Source of the DNA: Bacteroidales bacterium
GTDB taxonomy: Bacteria > Bacteroidota > Bacteroidia > Bacteroidales > F082
Assembly: GCA_027018745.1 (NCBI GenBank)
Contig: JALUYM010000370.1
Span: 1-36,318, forward strand
Reading direction: 5' to 3'
DNA: 36,318 nucleotides
The translations under genes were made by a program, and so were the position numbers. The notes below the pieces were generated by a model. That model was not told the origin of the DNA. It was given only the letters and a program-made list of their open reading frames with translations, and did not search any database. Shown in pieces: positions 1 through 9,549 of the stretch (the first letter of the stretch is position 1; each line of letters starts with the position of its first letter).

Positions 1-1
1 C

Positions 2-1627
2 TGCAAGGATGGTAAAAAACTAAAATCACTGGGGATGAATGTTGATAGCGCATTGGCTATGACCGTTGCCGATACGGGCATCGGCATTCCCAAAGAAAAA
101 CAGGGTGTTATTTTCGAAGCCTTTAAACAGGCCGATGGTACTACCAGCCGTAAATTTGGCGGTACCGGACTGGGACTGAGCATTTCCCGTAGTTTCGCTT
201 CTTTGCTGGGAGGTGCTTTGGGTTTGGAAAGCGAAGAAAACAAAGGAACGGCCTTTACGCTTTATCTGCCATGGAAACCGGATACGACTGGGGAAACTTC
301 CCCTCCTGAACCTGAAACGGAACATCCTTCCGGAAGTGTTGTCAGGGAAGATGAGGTTTCCGGCGAACAGCCTTCTGATACTGTTTCAACCATGCCCGTT
401 GCACCTGCAGATGTACCTAAAGTACAAGATGACAGGGAAACATTGCGTGAAGGGGATAAAAAGATTTTGATCATTGAAGATGATGTTAATTTTGCCAAAG
501 TGCTCAAAGACCTGGCACATGAGCACAATTATAAGGCAATTATTGCTTTGGATGGTGAAACAGGCCTCTATCATGCCGATTATTTTAAACCTGATGCCAT
601 TATTCTCGATCTGGGATTGCCCGGTATAGATGGCCAGGAAGTAATAGACCATCTTAAAGCCAATGTTAAAACAAGGGCCATTCCTGTGCATGTCATTTCT
701 GCCAGTGATTTTGATATTGAATTATTGAAAAAAGGTGCTATCGGATTTCTTTCAAAACCGGTTACCAAAAAACAATTGGATGATGTTTTTGAAAAAATCA
801 GGCAAATCAGTGAAAAACCGTTGAAGAGATTATTGATTGTTGAAGATGAGCCGATTACAAGAAAAAGCATTGAAAAACTCCTGAAAGATGACGGCCTTGA
901 GATCGTTTCCACTGAATCGGGAGAAAAAGCAGTTCAGCTTTTAAAAGAAAGTAAGTTCGATTGTCTGGTCCTTGATTTGGGCCTTGAGGATATAAACGGT
1001 TTTGATGTTTTGAAAGAGATACAGAAGGATGAAAAAGCAAAACAGGTGCCTGTGGTGATTTATACTGCCCGCGATTTAAGCCGCGAAGAGGACGAATTGT
1101 TGAAAAAATATGGTAGCAGCATTATCCTGAAAGGCGCTCATTCGTTTGAACGACTGCTGGATGAAACCACTTTGTTTTTGCATCAGGTGGAATCTGACTT
1201 TACCGGCGAGAAGAAAAAGATGTCTGAAAAGATGCACAATGAAAACATCCTGAAAGGAAAAACCATCCTTTTGGTTGACGATGATATGCGCAATGTATTT
1301 GCCCTTTCCAGTTTGCTGGAAAGTTATGATATGAAAGTGATTGTGGGCAAAAACGGAAAGGAAGCCATAAATAAACTGCATCAGCATGCAGAGGAGGTTG
1401 ATTTGGTTTTGATGGATATCATGATGCCCGAAATGAACGGTTATGAAGCCATGAAATTGATCCGTAAAGAAAAAAGGTTCGAAAACTTGCCGATTATTGC
1501 ACTCACAGCCAAAGCCATGAAAGGTGACCGTGAAAAGAGCATTGCTGCCGGTGCCAACGAATATCTTTCAAAACCGGTGGAAAAAGAGAAACTTATCTCC
1601 ATGCTTCGTGTATGGCTTTACAAATAG
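2..1627 (+). CDS. Hybrid sensor histidine kinase, C-terminal part (end of HATPase_c plus three receiver domains); 5' end lies outside the window
   Basis: The frame is open from base 2. It contains the G1/F/G2 boxes DTGIGIP...IFEAFKQAD...GGTGLGLSIS and three REC domains (ILIIEDD/IILDLGLP; LLIVEDE/LVLDLGL; ILLVDDD/VLMDIMMP). Confidence 0.93.
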   Translation, partial: CKDGKKLKSLGMNVDSALAMTVADTGIGIPKEKQGVIFEAFKQADGTTSRKFGGTGLGLSISRSFASLLGGALGLESEENKGTAFTLYLPWKPDTTGETSPPEPETEHPSGSVVREDEVSGEQPSDTVSTMPVAPADVPKVQDDRETLREGDKKILIIEDDVNFAKVLKDLAHEHNYKAIIALDGETGLYHADYFKPDAIILDLGLPGIDGQEVIDHLKANVKTRAIPVHVISASDFDIELLKKGAIGFLSKPVTKKQLDDVFEKIRQISEKPLKRLLIVEDEPITRKSIEKLLKDDGLEIVSTESGEKAVQLLKESKFDCLVLDLGLEDINGFDVLKEIQKDEKAKQVPVVIYTARDLSREEDELLKKYGSSIILKGAHSFERLLDETTLFLHQVESDFTGEKKKMSEKMHNENILKGKTILLVDDDMRNVFALSSLLESYDMKVIVGKNGKEAINKLHQHAEEVDLVLMDIMMPEMNGYEAMKLIRKEKRFENLPIIALTAKAMKGDREKSIAAGANEYLSKPVEKEKLISMLRVWLYK

Positions 1628-1646
1628 TTAAAAGAATTGTCAAGCT

Positions 1647-2483
1647 ATGCAGGAAAATGATATCTCAACTGTCGAAAATATCGAGCTGGAGCTTTTATTG
1701 CAGGCAGTTTATCTGCAATATGGTTACGATTTCCGGAATTACAGCCGGGCCCATGTAAAACGTCGCGTAAAACACAGACTCGTACAGGAGGGAATGAAAA
1801 GTATTTCCGAACTCCAAAATCAGATACTTCATGATAAAACTGCTTTTGACAGGCTGGTACGTGATCTTTCCATTAACGTGACCGAAATGTTTCGCAACCC
1901 GGCATTTTATAAAAGCGTACGCGAAAAAGTTATCCCTATCCTGAAAACCTATCCATACCTGAAAATCTGGCATGCCGGATGTGCTACGGGCGAAGAGGTC
2001 TTTTCTTTTGCCATCATGCTAAAAGAAGAAGGCCTGCTGGAACGGACACAGATTTATGCTACCGATTTTAATCCGTATATCATCAAAAAAGCCAGAAATG
2101 GCATTTTCCCTATCCGTTATATTAAAGAATATACCGCCAATTACCAGAAAGCCGGCGGTTTGGAATCCTTCTCAGATTATTACCATGCCAACGATGAGTT
2201 GGTGATTTTTGATAAAAACCTCAGTAAGAATATGGTTTTTGCCGAGCATAATCTGGTTACCGACTCTGTTTTTGCCGAAGTTAACATGATCGTTTGCCGG
2301 AATGTTCTCATCTATTTTAATAATAATCTGCAAAACAAAGTATTGCACCTGTTCCACAAAAGCCTTGTTGTCGGAGGTTTTCTCGCTTTGGGAACCAAGG
2401 AGTCGTTAATGTTTTCGGATGAAGAAAAAAAATACAAAGTGATTGACCCGAAACAAAAGATTTTTAAAAAAAAGTATGAATAA
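1647..2483 (+). CDS. cheR: CheR-type protein-glutamate O-methyltransferase
   Basis: YGYDF, SINVTEMFR, IWHAGCATGEE, IYATD and CRNVLIYF motifs of CheR. Confidence 0.93.
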   Translation: MQENDISTVENIELELLLQAVYLQYGYDFRNYSRAHVKRRVKHRLVQEGMKSISELQNQILHDKTAFDRLVRDLSINVTEMFRNPAFYKSVREKVIPILKTYPYLKIWHAGCATGEEVFSFAIMLKEEGLLERTQIYATDFNPYIIKKARNGIFPIRYIKEYTANYQKAGGLESFSDYYHANDELVIFDKNLSKNMVFAEHNLVTDSVFAEVNMIVCRNVLIYFNNNLQNKVLHLFHKSLVVGGFLALGTKESLMFSDEEKKYKVIDPKQKIFKKKYE

Positions 2484-3060
2484 AAGAAAGGACATAAAAG
2501 CCATTGTAATAGGTGCTTCAGCCGGAGGATTGTATGCCCTGAAAAAATTGTTGCCTGCCCTGCCGGCTTCGTTTCCCTGTCCGGTACTTGTGGTTCAGCA
2601 TTTGAGCCCGCATTCTGATAACTATATGGTCCGAATGCTTGATGAGCTTTCTCCGTTGGTTGTTAAAGAAGCTGATGAAAAAGAACCGGTAATACCGGGG
2701 ACTGTTTATGTGGCGCCGCCCGATTATCACTTGTTGGTAGAAGAAGATTTTACGTTGTCGCTTTCGGTCGAAGAAAAGGTAAATTATTCGCGTCCGGCCA
2801 TCGATGTGCTGTTTGAGACTGCTGCTGATGCATACGGCAGGCATTTAATGGGGATTATACTGACAGGGGCCAACGCCGATGGTGCCAACGGTTTGCTTGC
2901 TGTGAAAAAAAGAGGGGGCTTTACCATTGTCCAGCAACCTGAAGATGCTGAAAGCCAGGCTATGCCCAAAGCTGCCATTGAGTTGGTGAAACCACATAAA
3001 ATTTTTACCCTTGATGAGATCATTACTTTTCTGTCGAAAGGTGATTTTTGTTCCAAATAA
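2476..3060 (+). CDS. cheB: CheB-type methylesterase (catalytic domain only, no receiver)
   Basis: VIGASAGG (Ser), VVQH (His), SRPAIDVLF and GIILTGANADG (Asp). ATG 2476 overlaps the cheR stop. Confidence 0.92.
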   Translation: MNKRKDIKAIVIGASAGGLYALKKLLPALPASFPCPVLVVQHLSPHSDNYMVRMLDELSPLVVKEADEKEPVIPGTVYVAPPDYHLLVEEDFTLSLSVEEKVNYSRPAIDVLFETAADAYGRHLMGIILTGANADGANGLLAVKKRGGFTIVQQPEDAESQAMPKAAIELVKPHKIFTLDEIITFLSKGDFCSK

Positions 3061-3100
3061 AAGCGTGGAAAAGCCATAGGGCAGAGACAGAAATTTCTGA

Positions 3101-4210
3101 TTATTTCAGGACTTTAAAAAAAACAGGCCGATAGTGAGGTAACAGCCGGGGGTGGAAAGCCTTGATAAAATCGGCCAGTAACCATTGCGGTTCCATGGGA
3201 CTGCGTTCAAAGTAAGCGGTTTTTTCAGGATCACAATAAATGATATGATGTTGCCTGAATGCTTTGAAATGGGTGTACAGTTCATTTTCATCAGCAATTC
3301 GGGCATAGGATGGCTGACTCCCGAAAGATCCTATAATTTTCCAATAATCAGCATCTTGTGCTTTTTTAAAAACAGTTTCAAAGTTGAGGGGGAAACTGGC
3401 CACATGTTTGTCATTATGCCAAATGTAATCGGCACCGGCGTCATGAAAAATGCGGGCCATATAACTTTTTCCTCCGGCAATAAACCATTGTCCGTTAAAA
3501 AATTTGTTGGAAAAAACAGTGGGCCTTTGGCGAACAGTATCCGCCATTCTTTTTAAAGCCAAATATTGCCTGGCAATGTTTTGAAAAATACTGTCGGCTT
3601 TTTTTTCTTTACCGAAAAACAAAGCACTGAATTTTATCCATTCGGCTCTTCCCAGCGGACTGGTTTCTGTATAATCCAGATAGGGAATGGCTGTAATGGA
3701 AGATAAGATGGCAGGTAATTGCAGGTCTCCCTGAAAAGGGGAAAAGAAAATGGCTTGCGGTCTTTTTTCCAGAATACGCTCAATGAAGTAGTGCCCGCCT
3801 GCTTCCAATTCTGTAATTTTTCCATCGTTCAGTGCTTTTTTAACCTGTTTGTTGGAAATGAACCTTGCTTCGGAAATACCGATGACCTTGTCCAACAGCC
3901 CTAATTTTTGAAGGGCATCTAACTGAGTAGCTGAAAAAACAGCCACACTGTCCAACGGAACTTTAATTTCCCCTTTGGTGGGATGACTTTTTACCAATAC
4001 AAAACTTGCCAGCACTTTACCCTTTTGCCAGGGATTGTACACCACGACCTTTCTTTTTCCTTTTTCATTAAAAACCGCAAAACCTTTGGCATATTGAATG
4101 GTAATGGATTCTTTTTGGGAAAAGGTTTTCGTATTCTTCCGGATATGGTTTTTGCAACCGGTACCAAAAATCAGGAACAAAACCGTCAGAAATATCAGTT
4201 GTTTTCTCAT
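3101..4210 (-). CDS. ABC transporter substrate-binding lipoprotein, iron-siderophore/cobalamin (BtuF-like) family
   Basis: Lipoprotein signal MRKQLIFLTVLFLIFGTG-C, plus IQYAKGF, ETSPLGRAEWIKF and GGKSYMARIFHDAGADYIW. ATGA overlap with the lgt stop at 4207-4210. Confidence 0.85.
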   Translation of the reverse strand: MRKQLIFLTVLFLIFGTGCKNHIRKNTKTFSQKESITIQYAKGFAVFNEKGKRKVVVYNPWQKGKVLASFVLVKSHPTKGEIKVPLDSVAVFSATQLDALQKLGLLDKVIGISEARFISNKQVKKALNDGKITELEAGGHYFIERILEKRPQAIFFSPFQGDLQLPAILSSITAIPYLDYTETSPLGRAEWIKFSALFFGKEKKADSIFQNIARQYLALKRMADTVRQRPTVFSNKFFNGQWFIAGGKSYMARIFHDAGADYIWHNDKHVASFPLNFETVFKKAQDADYWKIIGSFGSQPSYARIADENELYTHFKAFRQHHIIYCDPEKTAYFERSPMEPQWLLADFIKAFHPRLLPHYRPVFFKVLK

Positions 4211-5367
4211 GCCGCCGCTTCTTTTTTGGCCCGTTTTTCCAAAACGATCCATCCCACAATACCGAGAACAACCAAAACAGGGGAGATAAGTTCGGCCTGT
4301 GTAATATGATGGCCGAAAATGTCATATCTGTGGTCGACGCGAATATGTTCGATAAAAAAGCGTTCAACGCCATTAAATATCAGATAGATAGAAAATAATA
4401 CACCGGGGACTTTGATTTTTTTCCGGATGGACCACAGAATGATAAAAACTATGATCATCATGGTAGTTTCATAAATGGGTGTGGGAAAAACACCTTGTGC
4501 CAGCTGCATGCAGTGAGGGCCTGTACATCCCGGAATGGGAATTCCTTCGTTGATGATATTGTGGGGATAATTGTATTTCCACAACCATTCGGGCAGAAAA
4601 CTTAACCATCCCGGTTTGGTCAGGTGATTAACTATTCCCCAGTCACCATCACCTGCTACCTGGCAGCCTATGCGACCAATACCATAAGCAATGGCCAGGC
4701 CCGGGGCAAAACTGTCGGCCATGGGTTTCCATGGAATCCCGTGTTTTTCTCCATACCAAACTACAGCAATGGCCGCAATGATAAGACCGCCGTAAAAAGT
4801 GAGCCCGCTAAAAGAAAACAGTTCCCCCAAAGGATCGGCCAGAAACGCTTGCCAGTTTTCCAGCTGGTCAAATATCTTTGCCCCGATGATACCAAAAACG
4901 GCAGCTATCAAAACAATCATCCAGGTTTGTTCATGGGCTGGAACCGATATTTCTTTCTCTATGGGCTTGTCCAGCTTGCGTTTGTTTTTATCATACCAAA
5001 CATAAACGGTATAAAGCATACCAAATACCAACCCTGCCCACAGAGATCCTTCACCCGAAAAAAGAAACTGCTGCGGGTCGTTGGCAAAATGTTGATAATC
5101 GGTAATGGCTGCAACGCCTTTAAATGCTATCAGAAATCCAACGACAAAACTGATAAGCAATTCAATCACAGAAGCAGGTTTCCCGACGATGACCTTCTTT
5201 TTTGTCGGTTTTATCAATCCTTCTTTTTCCTTGCGGATGAGCTCAAGATATAGCAGATAAGCCCCTACAAGAAAGGCTGTTGCCACAAAAAAACCATAGC
5301 TCATAATGGGCAGGTTGATGTGGGTTCCGAAAATTGCATTGATCAGGTCGCTGAATTTAGGATACAT
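4207..5367 (-). CDS. lgt: Prolipoprotein diacylglyceryl transferase (long Bacteroidota form)
   Basis: Multi-TM protein with GLTFYGG, GIGRIGC..GDGDWG, FPTPIYE and ERFFIEHIR motifs. Confidence 0.9.
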   Translation of the reverse strand: MYPKFSDLINAIFGTHINLPIMSYGFFVATAFLVGAYLLYLELIRKEKEGLIKPTKKKVIVGKPASVIELLISFVVGFLIAFKGVAAITDYQHFANDPQQFLFSGEGSLWAGLVFGMLYTVYVWYDKNKRKLDKPIEKEISVPAHEQTWMIVLIAAVFGIIGAKIFDQLENWQAFLADPLGELFSFSGLTFYGGLIIAAIAVVWYGEKHGIPWKPMADSFAPGLAIAYGIGRIGCQVAGDGDWGIVNHLTKPGWLSFLPEWLWKYNYPHNIINEGIPIPGCTGPHCMQLAQGVFPTPIYETTMMIIVFIILWSIRKKIKVPGVLFSIYLIFNGVERFFIEHIRVDHRYDIFGHHITQAELISPVLVVLGIVGWIVLEKRAKKEAAA

Positions 5368-5407
5368 ATGGCCATGTTGTTTTTAAAAAGACTTCATTTT
5401 TCTGTTG

Positions 5408-5415
5408 CAAATTTA
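5408..5415 (-). promoter_or_regulatory. Bacteroidota primary-sigma -7 element (TAAATTTG) for lgt
   Basis: Matches TAnnTTTG about 40 nt upstream of the lgt start. Confidence 0.6.
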
Positions 5416-5551
5416 CACTTATTCTCCATTGACGCATACGGCGAAGAAAAGTAAAGGAAGTTTGAAAGCCTTGTGCCAGAAGAAAAACAGAACGTTAATA
5501 AAATTTAACTTTGGTAGAAGAGCCAATTTTTTAAGCCTGAACAACTAAAGA

Positions 5552-5574
5552 TGAACAAATGTTCAATATATTTG
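5552..5574 (+). promoter_or_regulatory. Palindrome TGAACA-AA-TGTTCA abutting the -7 element TATATTTG of the DUF134 operon
   Basis: Perfect 6-bp inverted repeat at 5552-5565, TAnnTTTG at 5567-5574, and an extra TGAACA half-site at 5538-5543. Confidence 0.55.
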
Positions 5575-5593
5575 CAGCCAAAGGTAATAATAC

Positions 5594-6229
5594 ATGTCGC
5601 CGCGACCCAAAAGAAAAAGAATTCTCAGTGAACCTCCCGCAGTTTCCGGTTTTGTACCGGAAAGTGGTGATTATTCATTAGCTTTGGAAGATACTGTGGT
5701 TTTGCATTTTGAAGAATATGAGGCCATCCGGTTGGCCGATTATGAACAGATGACCCAATTGCAGGCTTCAAAACGGATGCATGTTTCACGGCCTACTTTT
5801 ACCCGTATTTACGAGTCAGCCCGCAAAAAGGTGGCCAAAGCCTTTATTGAGAATAAACGTATTTCCATAGTAGGGGGCAATGTGGCCTTTGATGCCGACT
5901 GGTACAGATGTGAAAACTGCGGGTCGGTTTTTAAACGGAAGGCAGGACAAAAGGCAAAAAGTTGTCCCGTTTGTGGCGACAGGCAGATCGTTCCGTTGGA
6001 ACAGGCCGTCAATACTTTTCCCGAAAGAAGCCGGGGGGGCGGGCGTGGTGGCCGTTTCCACGGGGGAAGGGGAGTAGCAGGTTTTTGTGTTTGCCCCAAA
6101 TGCGATTACAAAGTGCAACACTCAGCCGGAGTTCCATGCGGCAGCCTGCTTTGCCCTCATTGTAATATCCGGTTAATAAGAGAAGATTCAGAACATTATC
6201 AAATTATATTAAAAAAACGAAAAAAGTAA
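5594..6229 (+). CDS. DUF134 (UPF0251) HTH DNA-binding protein with C-terminal Cys-rich metal-binding modules
   Basis: MSPRPKR, EEYEAIRLADYE.MTQ..A...M.VSRPTFTRIY..ARKKVA; then CENC..CPVC, a Gly/Arg linker and CVCPKC..H..G.PC....CPHC. Confidence 0.88.
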   Translation: MSPRPKRKRILSEPPAVSGFVPESGDYSLALEDTVVLHFEEYEAIRLADYEQMTQLQASKRMHVSRPTFTRIYESARKKVAKAFIENKRISIVGGNVAFDADWYRCENCGSVFKRKAGQKAKSCPVCGDRQIVPLEQAVNTFPERSRGGGRGGRFHGGRGVAGFCVCPKCDYKVQHSAGVPCGSLLCPHCNIRLIREDSEHYQIILKKRKK

Positions 6230-6233
6230 TCAT

Positions 6234-6575
6234 ATGTTGAAAAAGAAACTTGTAATGCCATTGGAAAATGGTTATCTCGCAGAACATTTTGGACATAGTC
6301 GCGAATTTGCCTTTTACGAAATCGAAGACAATAAAATTGTAAAAGAATATCGTCAGGAACCTCCTCCCCATGCAGAAGGCACTATCCCGCGTTGGCTGGT
6401 GGAAAATCAGGCAACCGATATTCTGGTGGGCGGCATTGGTCCAAAAGCAATAGAAATTCTTTATAATCAGGGAATTAATGTTTATGTGGGGGTTGCTGTG
6501 GATGAAGCCGTGAACCTGGCATTGGATTTTATTAACGGGAATTTGAAATATGGACAAAATTATTGTCATCATTAA
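6234..6575 (+). CDS. NifB/NifX-family (dinitrogenase FeMo-cofactor-binding-like) protein
   Basis: EHFGHSREF, PPH, GGIGPKA and a C-terminal CHH; a typical DUF134 neighbour. Confidence 0.87.
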   Translation: MLKKKLVMPLENGYLAEHFGHSREFAFYEIEDNKIVKEYRQEPPPHAEGTIPRWLVENQATDILVGGIGPKAIEILYNQGINVYVGVAVDEAVNLALDFINGNLKYGQNYCHH

Positions 6576-6596
6576 TAACAATTTAAATCAAAAAAA

Positions 6597-7778
6597 ATGG
6601 ATACAAAAAATGCAGGTTTTAACTCAAAACTAATACATGCCGGTGGTGTTGAAGACCCTATGGGCAGTGCTGTAACACCGATTTACCAAACTTCGACTTT
6701 CCGGTTTAAGAATGCCGATCACGGTGCACGTTGTTTTTCAGGTGAAGAAAAGGGTTATATATACACACGCTTGGGAAACCCGACGCTTGAGGATCTTGAA
6801 AACACACTGGCTGAATTGGAAAATGGATATGCCTCTGTCGTTACTGCATCCGGAATGGCTGCTGTCAATAATGTCTATCTTGCGTTTCTTAGTGCCGGAG
6901 ACCACATGGTTAGCCATAATTCGGTATACGGCCCTACGCGGGGAGTGATGGAAAAACTTTATCCGAAACTTGGGGTGGAAAGTACTTACGTAGATTGCAG
7001 CAACTTGGATAATATTAAAAAAGCCATTAAACCCAATACCAAATTATTGTATCTTGAAACACCGGCCAATCCTACCATGGGTATCACCGATATTGCCGGG
7101 GCAGCAGCTATTGCCCACCAGCACAATATGTTGGTTTGTGTAGACAATACTTTTTGCAGCCCTTATATTCAAAAACCCCTGGACCTGGGCGCCGATATTG
7201 TTTTGCATTCCATGACTAAATTTATTAACGGTCATGCCGATATTGTGGGAGGTTGTGTTATTACCAAGACCAAAACACTTTATGATGAGGTGGCCTATGT
7301 TATGAAAAATGTCGGGTTTAACATGGATCCCCATCAGGCCTGGCTGACGCGCCGCGGATTAAAAACACTGGCCATAAGGATTGAACGGGCACAAGCCAAT
7401 GCCATGAAGATTGCCGAATATCTGGAAGGCCACCCGAAAATTGAATGGATTTTATACCCTGGGTTAAAATCGCATCCGCAATATGAACTGGCCAAAAAAC
7501 AGATGGCAGGTCCGGGTTCCATGATGTCTTTTGGTGTGAAAGGCGGACTGAAGGCAGGCAAAACAGTCATGGACAATGTGCATTTGGCTTTGCTGGCTGT
7601 TTCTCTCGGCGGTATCGAAACACTGATTCAGCATCCGGCCTCCATGACACACTCCAAATTGTCCAGGGAAGAACGTGAAGAAGCAGGCATTACCGATGGC
7701 CTGGTACGGCTTTCCGTGGGTATTGAAGATGTGGACGACATTATTGCTGATCTGGATCACGCCCTTTCATTGGTATAA
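6597..7778 (+). CDS. PLP-dependent Cys/Met metabolism enzyme, methionine gamma-lyase-like
   Basis: TPIYQTSTF, YIYTRLGNPT, SGMAA, ETPANPT, VDNTF, HSMTKFINGH (PLP Lys), AVSLGG.ETLIQHPASMTH, RLSVGIED. Confidence 0.85.
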   Translation: MDTKNAGFNSKLIHAGGVEDPMGSAVTPIYQTSTFRFKNADHGARCFSGEEKGYIYTRLGNPTLEDLENTLAELENGYASVVTASGMAAVNNVYLAFLSAGDHMVSHNSVYGPTRGVMEKLYPKLGVESTYVDCSNLDNIKKAIKPNTKLLYLETPANPTMGITDIAGAAAIAHQHNMLVCVDNTFCSPYIQKPLDLGADIVLHSMTKFINGHADIVGGCVITKTKTLYDEVAYVMKNVGFNMDPHQAWLTRRGLKTLAIRIERAQANAMKIAEYLEGHPKIEWILYPGLKSHPQYELAKKQMAGPGSMMSFGVKGGLKAGKTVMDNVHLALLAVSLGGIETLIQHPASMTHSKLSREEREEAGITDGLVRLSVGIEDVDDIIADLDHALSLV

Positions 7779-7796
7779 AATCTTTAAAAAATTTCT

Positions 7797-7833
7797 ACCC
7801 CCGGATTCGAAAAGTTCCGGGGGTTTTGCTTTT
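7797..7833 (+). terminator. Intrinsic terminator between convergent genes
   Basis: Stem ACCCCCGGA/TCCGGGGGT (7797-7824) followed by a T-rich tail. Confidence 0.75.
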
Positions 7834-7850
7834 AATGGGAGTTGCTTTTT

Positions 7851-9347
7851 TCAGAATAGGGCATTGTAACAGGCTCCTTTGTGATAACCCATACAGCTCC
7901 CTTTGTTCAAATTGAACCTGACGGAGAAATAAAAATCCATCCCTGTCATATCACCTATTCCGAGGAATGTCCCCAGTTTCTCCGTTCCAATGGTGATAGA
8001 ATAAAAACGTAACGCGGCCCCAATCCTTATTTTTTCATAATTATAAATTGTAATGGGAAGGCTGACTCCTAAAATTCTTGTTTCGTATCTTGGAATGACT
8101 GCCAAAACAGGCGATTGGCGAACTGATTTTAACCGGAAATGCAAAGGTTGTAACCAATAAGCCCCAAGGTAAAAAGGGCCGTTAAAATGGTAATCATACT
8201 GAATACTCAGGGCAGTGGGCAGACTCATGTACATGGCCGTGTCGGTTAACGAAGCATGCGGGTTGCCTAAAAAGACTGAACTCAACATTTCCATCGTACT
8301 GTGGATGCTGGGGGTCGCTACGGTATCAAATTGTTGCCAGTTGGCTGAATCGTTGTTAAATCGGTGTACTTCTGTGTGATGGCGAAAGCGAATACCCCCT
8401 ATGTCCATGATAGATATTCCCAATTTATAAATGTAGTCGGCATAGGGTTTGGCACACCACCTTTTTTCACCCGGATCAGTGAAAGTTTTAAGTTTTGTAT
8501 ACAAAACCCCTACATCCAGTCCGACCCCATGACCTTTGAATACCGGATGAAAATCAACTTTGTCAGGATTGTCGTAATCTATTGGTATGGCATAGGCAAT
8601 GCTGCTGCTAAAATTATTGATATTCAGCGTAGTGGTGTTAGGAACGGAATAATTTACATTGGAAACAGCAGCGTAAGCCCCTCCAATACCAAACAAATAT
8701 TTTATTCCGGCCCCGACTGTTACTTTTGTATTGCCCCTGTCAATAAGGTCATAGGCATAGTTCAGGCTGATCTCCGCCCAGTTTAAAGAGGCGATACTGA
8801 AATTTTTATCATGAAAACTTTTGTGTAAAACAACAGGTTCCGAAAGTTTTCCATGGGACAGGATAAACTCATAAGGAATGTTGATGCCGGAGCTGACGGA
8901 GCGTACCGAAAACCCCAGTGCAACGGCCTGCCGTCCTTTTTGGATCATAAATGATGGGCCCTGAATCCTGGACGAAACGAAAAAACTCTTACTGTTATGG
9001 TTTTGGTATGCTATTACATGGATATTGGCATGTTGAAAAGAATGTTTCCATGCCATATGTACCAAACTCATAAAGCTGGTGCTGTCTTTGTTGAAATATC
9101 CCATATCGTTTTCAATGAAAAAATCGGCTGTCCCCAGATTGACATCCATATACACTTTGGAATTGGTTAGAAAAGCCGGATTAATCCGGGACCCGGCAGC
9201 TCCGTTGTAATTATCAAAACCCAAGCCGGTCATTTGTTGGGAAAACAGGGGAGTAAAAGAGAATGAGAACAAACTTAATAAAACAGCCCGGACCAAAAAG
9301 ATGGTAATAAGTTTTCCTTCTGCCAAGTCTGTGACCCGCTTTTTCAT
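7851..9347 (-). CDS. Outer-membrane beta-barrel protein, DUF5723-like
   Basis: Signal peptide; DNY.G......NPA, GPSFM, GAGIKYLFG, G.G.G.DVG, SIMDIGGI and LPTALSIQYDY. Exact start codon uncertain. Confidence 0.7.
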   Translation of the reverse strand: MKKRVTDLAEGKLITIFLVRAVLLSLFSFSFTPLFSQQMTGLGFDNYNGAAGSRINPAFLTNSKVYMDVNLGTADFFIENDMGYFNKDSTSFMSLVHMAWKHSFQHANIHVIAYQNHNSKSFFVSSRIQGPSFMIQKGRQAVALGFSVRSVSSGINIPYEFILSHGKLSEPVVLHKSFHDKNFSIASLNWAEISLNYAYDLIDRGNTKVTVGAGIKYLFGIGGAYAAVSNVNYSVPNTTTLNINNFSSSIAYAIPIDYDNPDKVDFHPVFKGHGVGLDVGVLYTKLKTFTDPGEKRWCAKPYADYIYKLGISIMDIGGIRFRHHTEVHRFNNDSANWQQFDTVATPSIHSTMEMLSSVFLGNPHASLTDTAMYMSLPTALSIQYDYHFNGPFYLGAYWLQPLHFRLKSVRQSPVLAVIPRYETRILGVSLPITIYNYEKIRIGAALRFYSITIGTEKLGTFLGIGDMTGMDFYFSVRFNLNKGSCMGYHKGACYNALF

Positions 9348-9549
9348 AATAATTATTTTATTCGGAGGATTGTCTTTTTCCTTTTAACAATTGCCATTAC
9401 AAAAATATAAAAACATTGCTTTTTCTGCGGAGGAAAAAAGAACAACCGGTTTCATATTCTTGTTTTGAGATGTAACGATTTGATTGATAGCCTTTGAAAG
9501 ATATAAAAAAACCATATAAAATATCGGGCAGATTCTTTAATTTCGCTAA

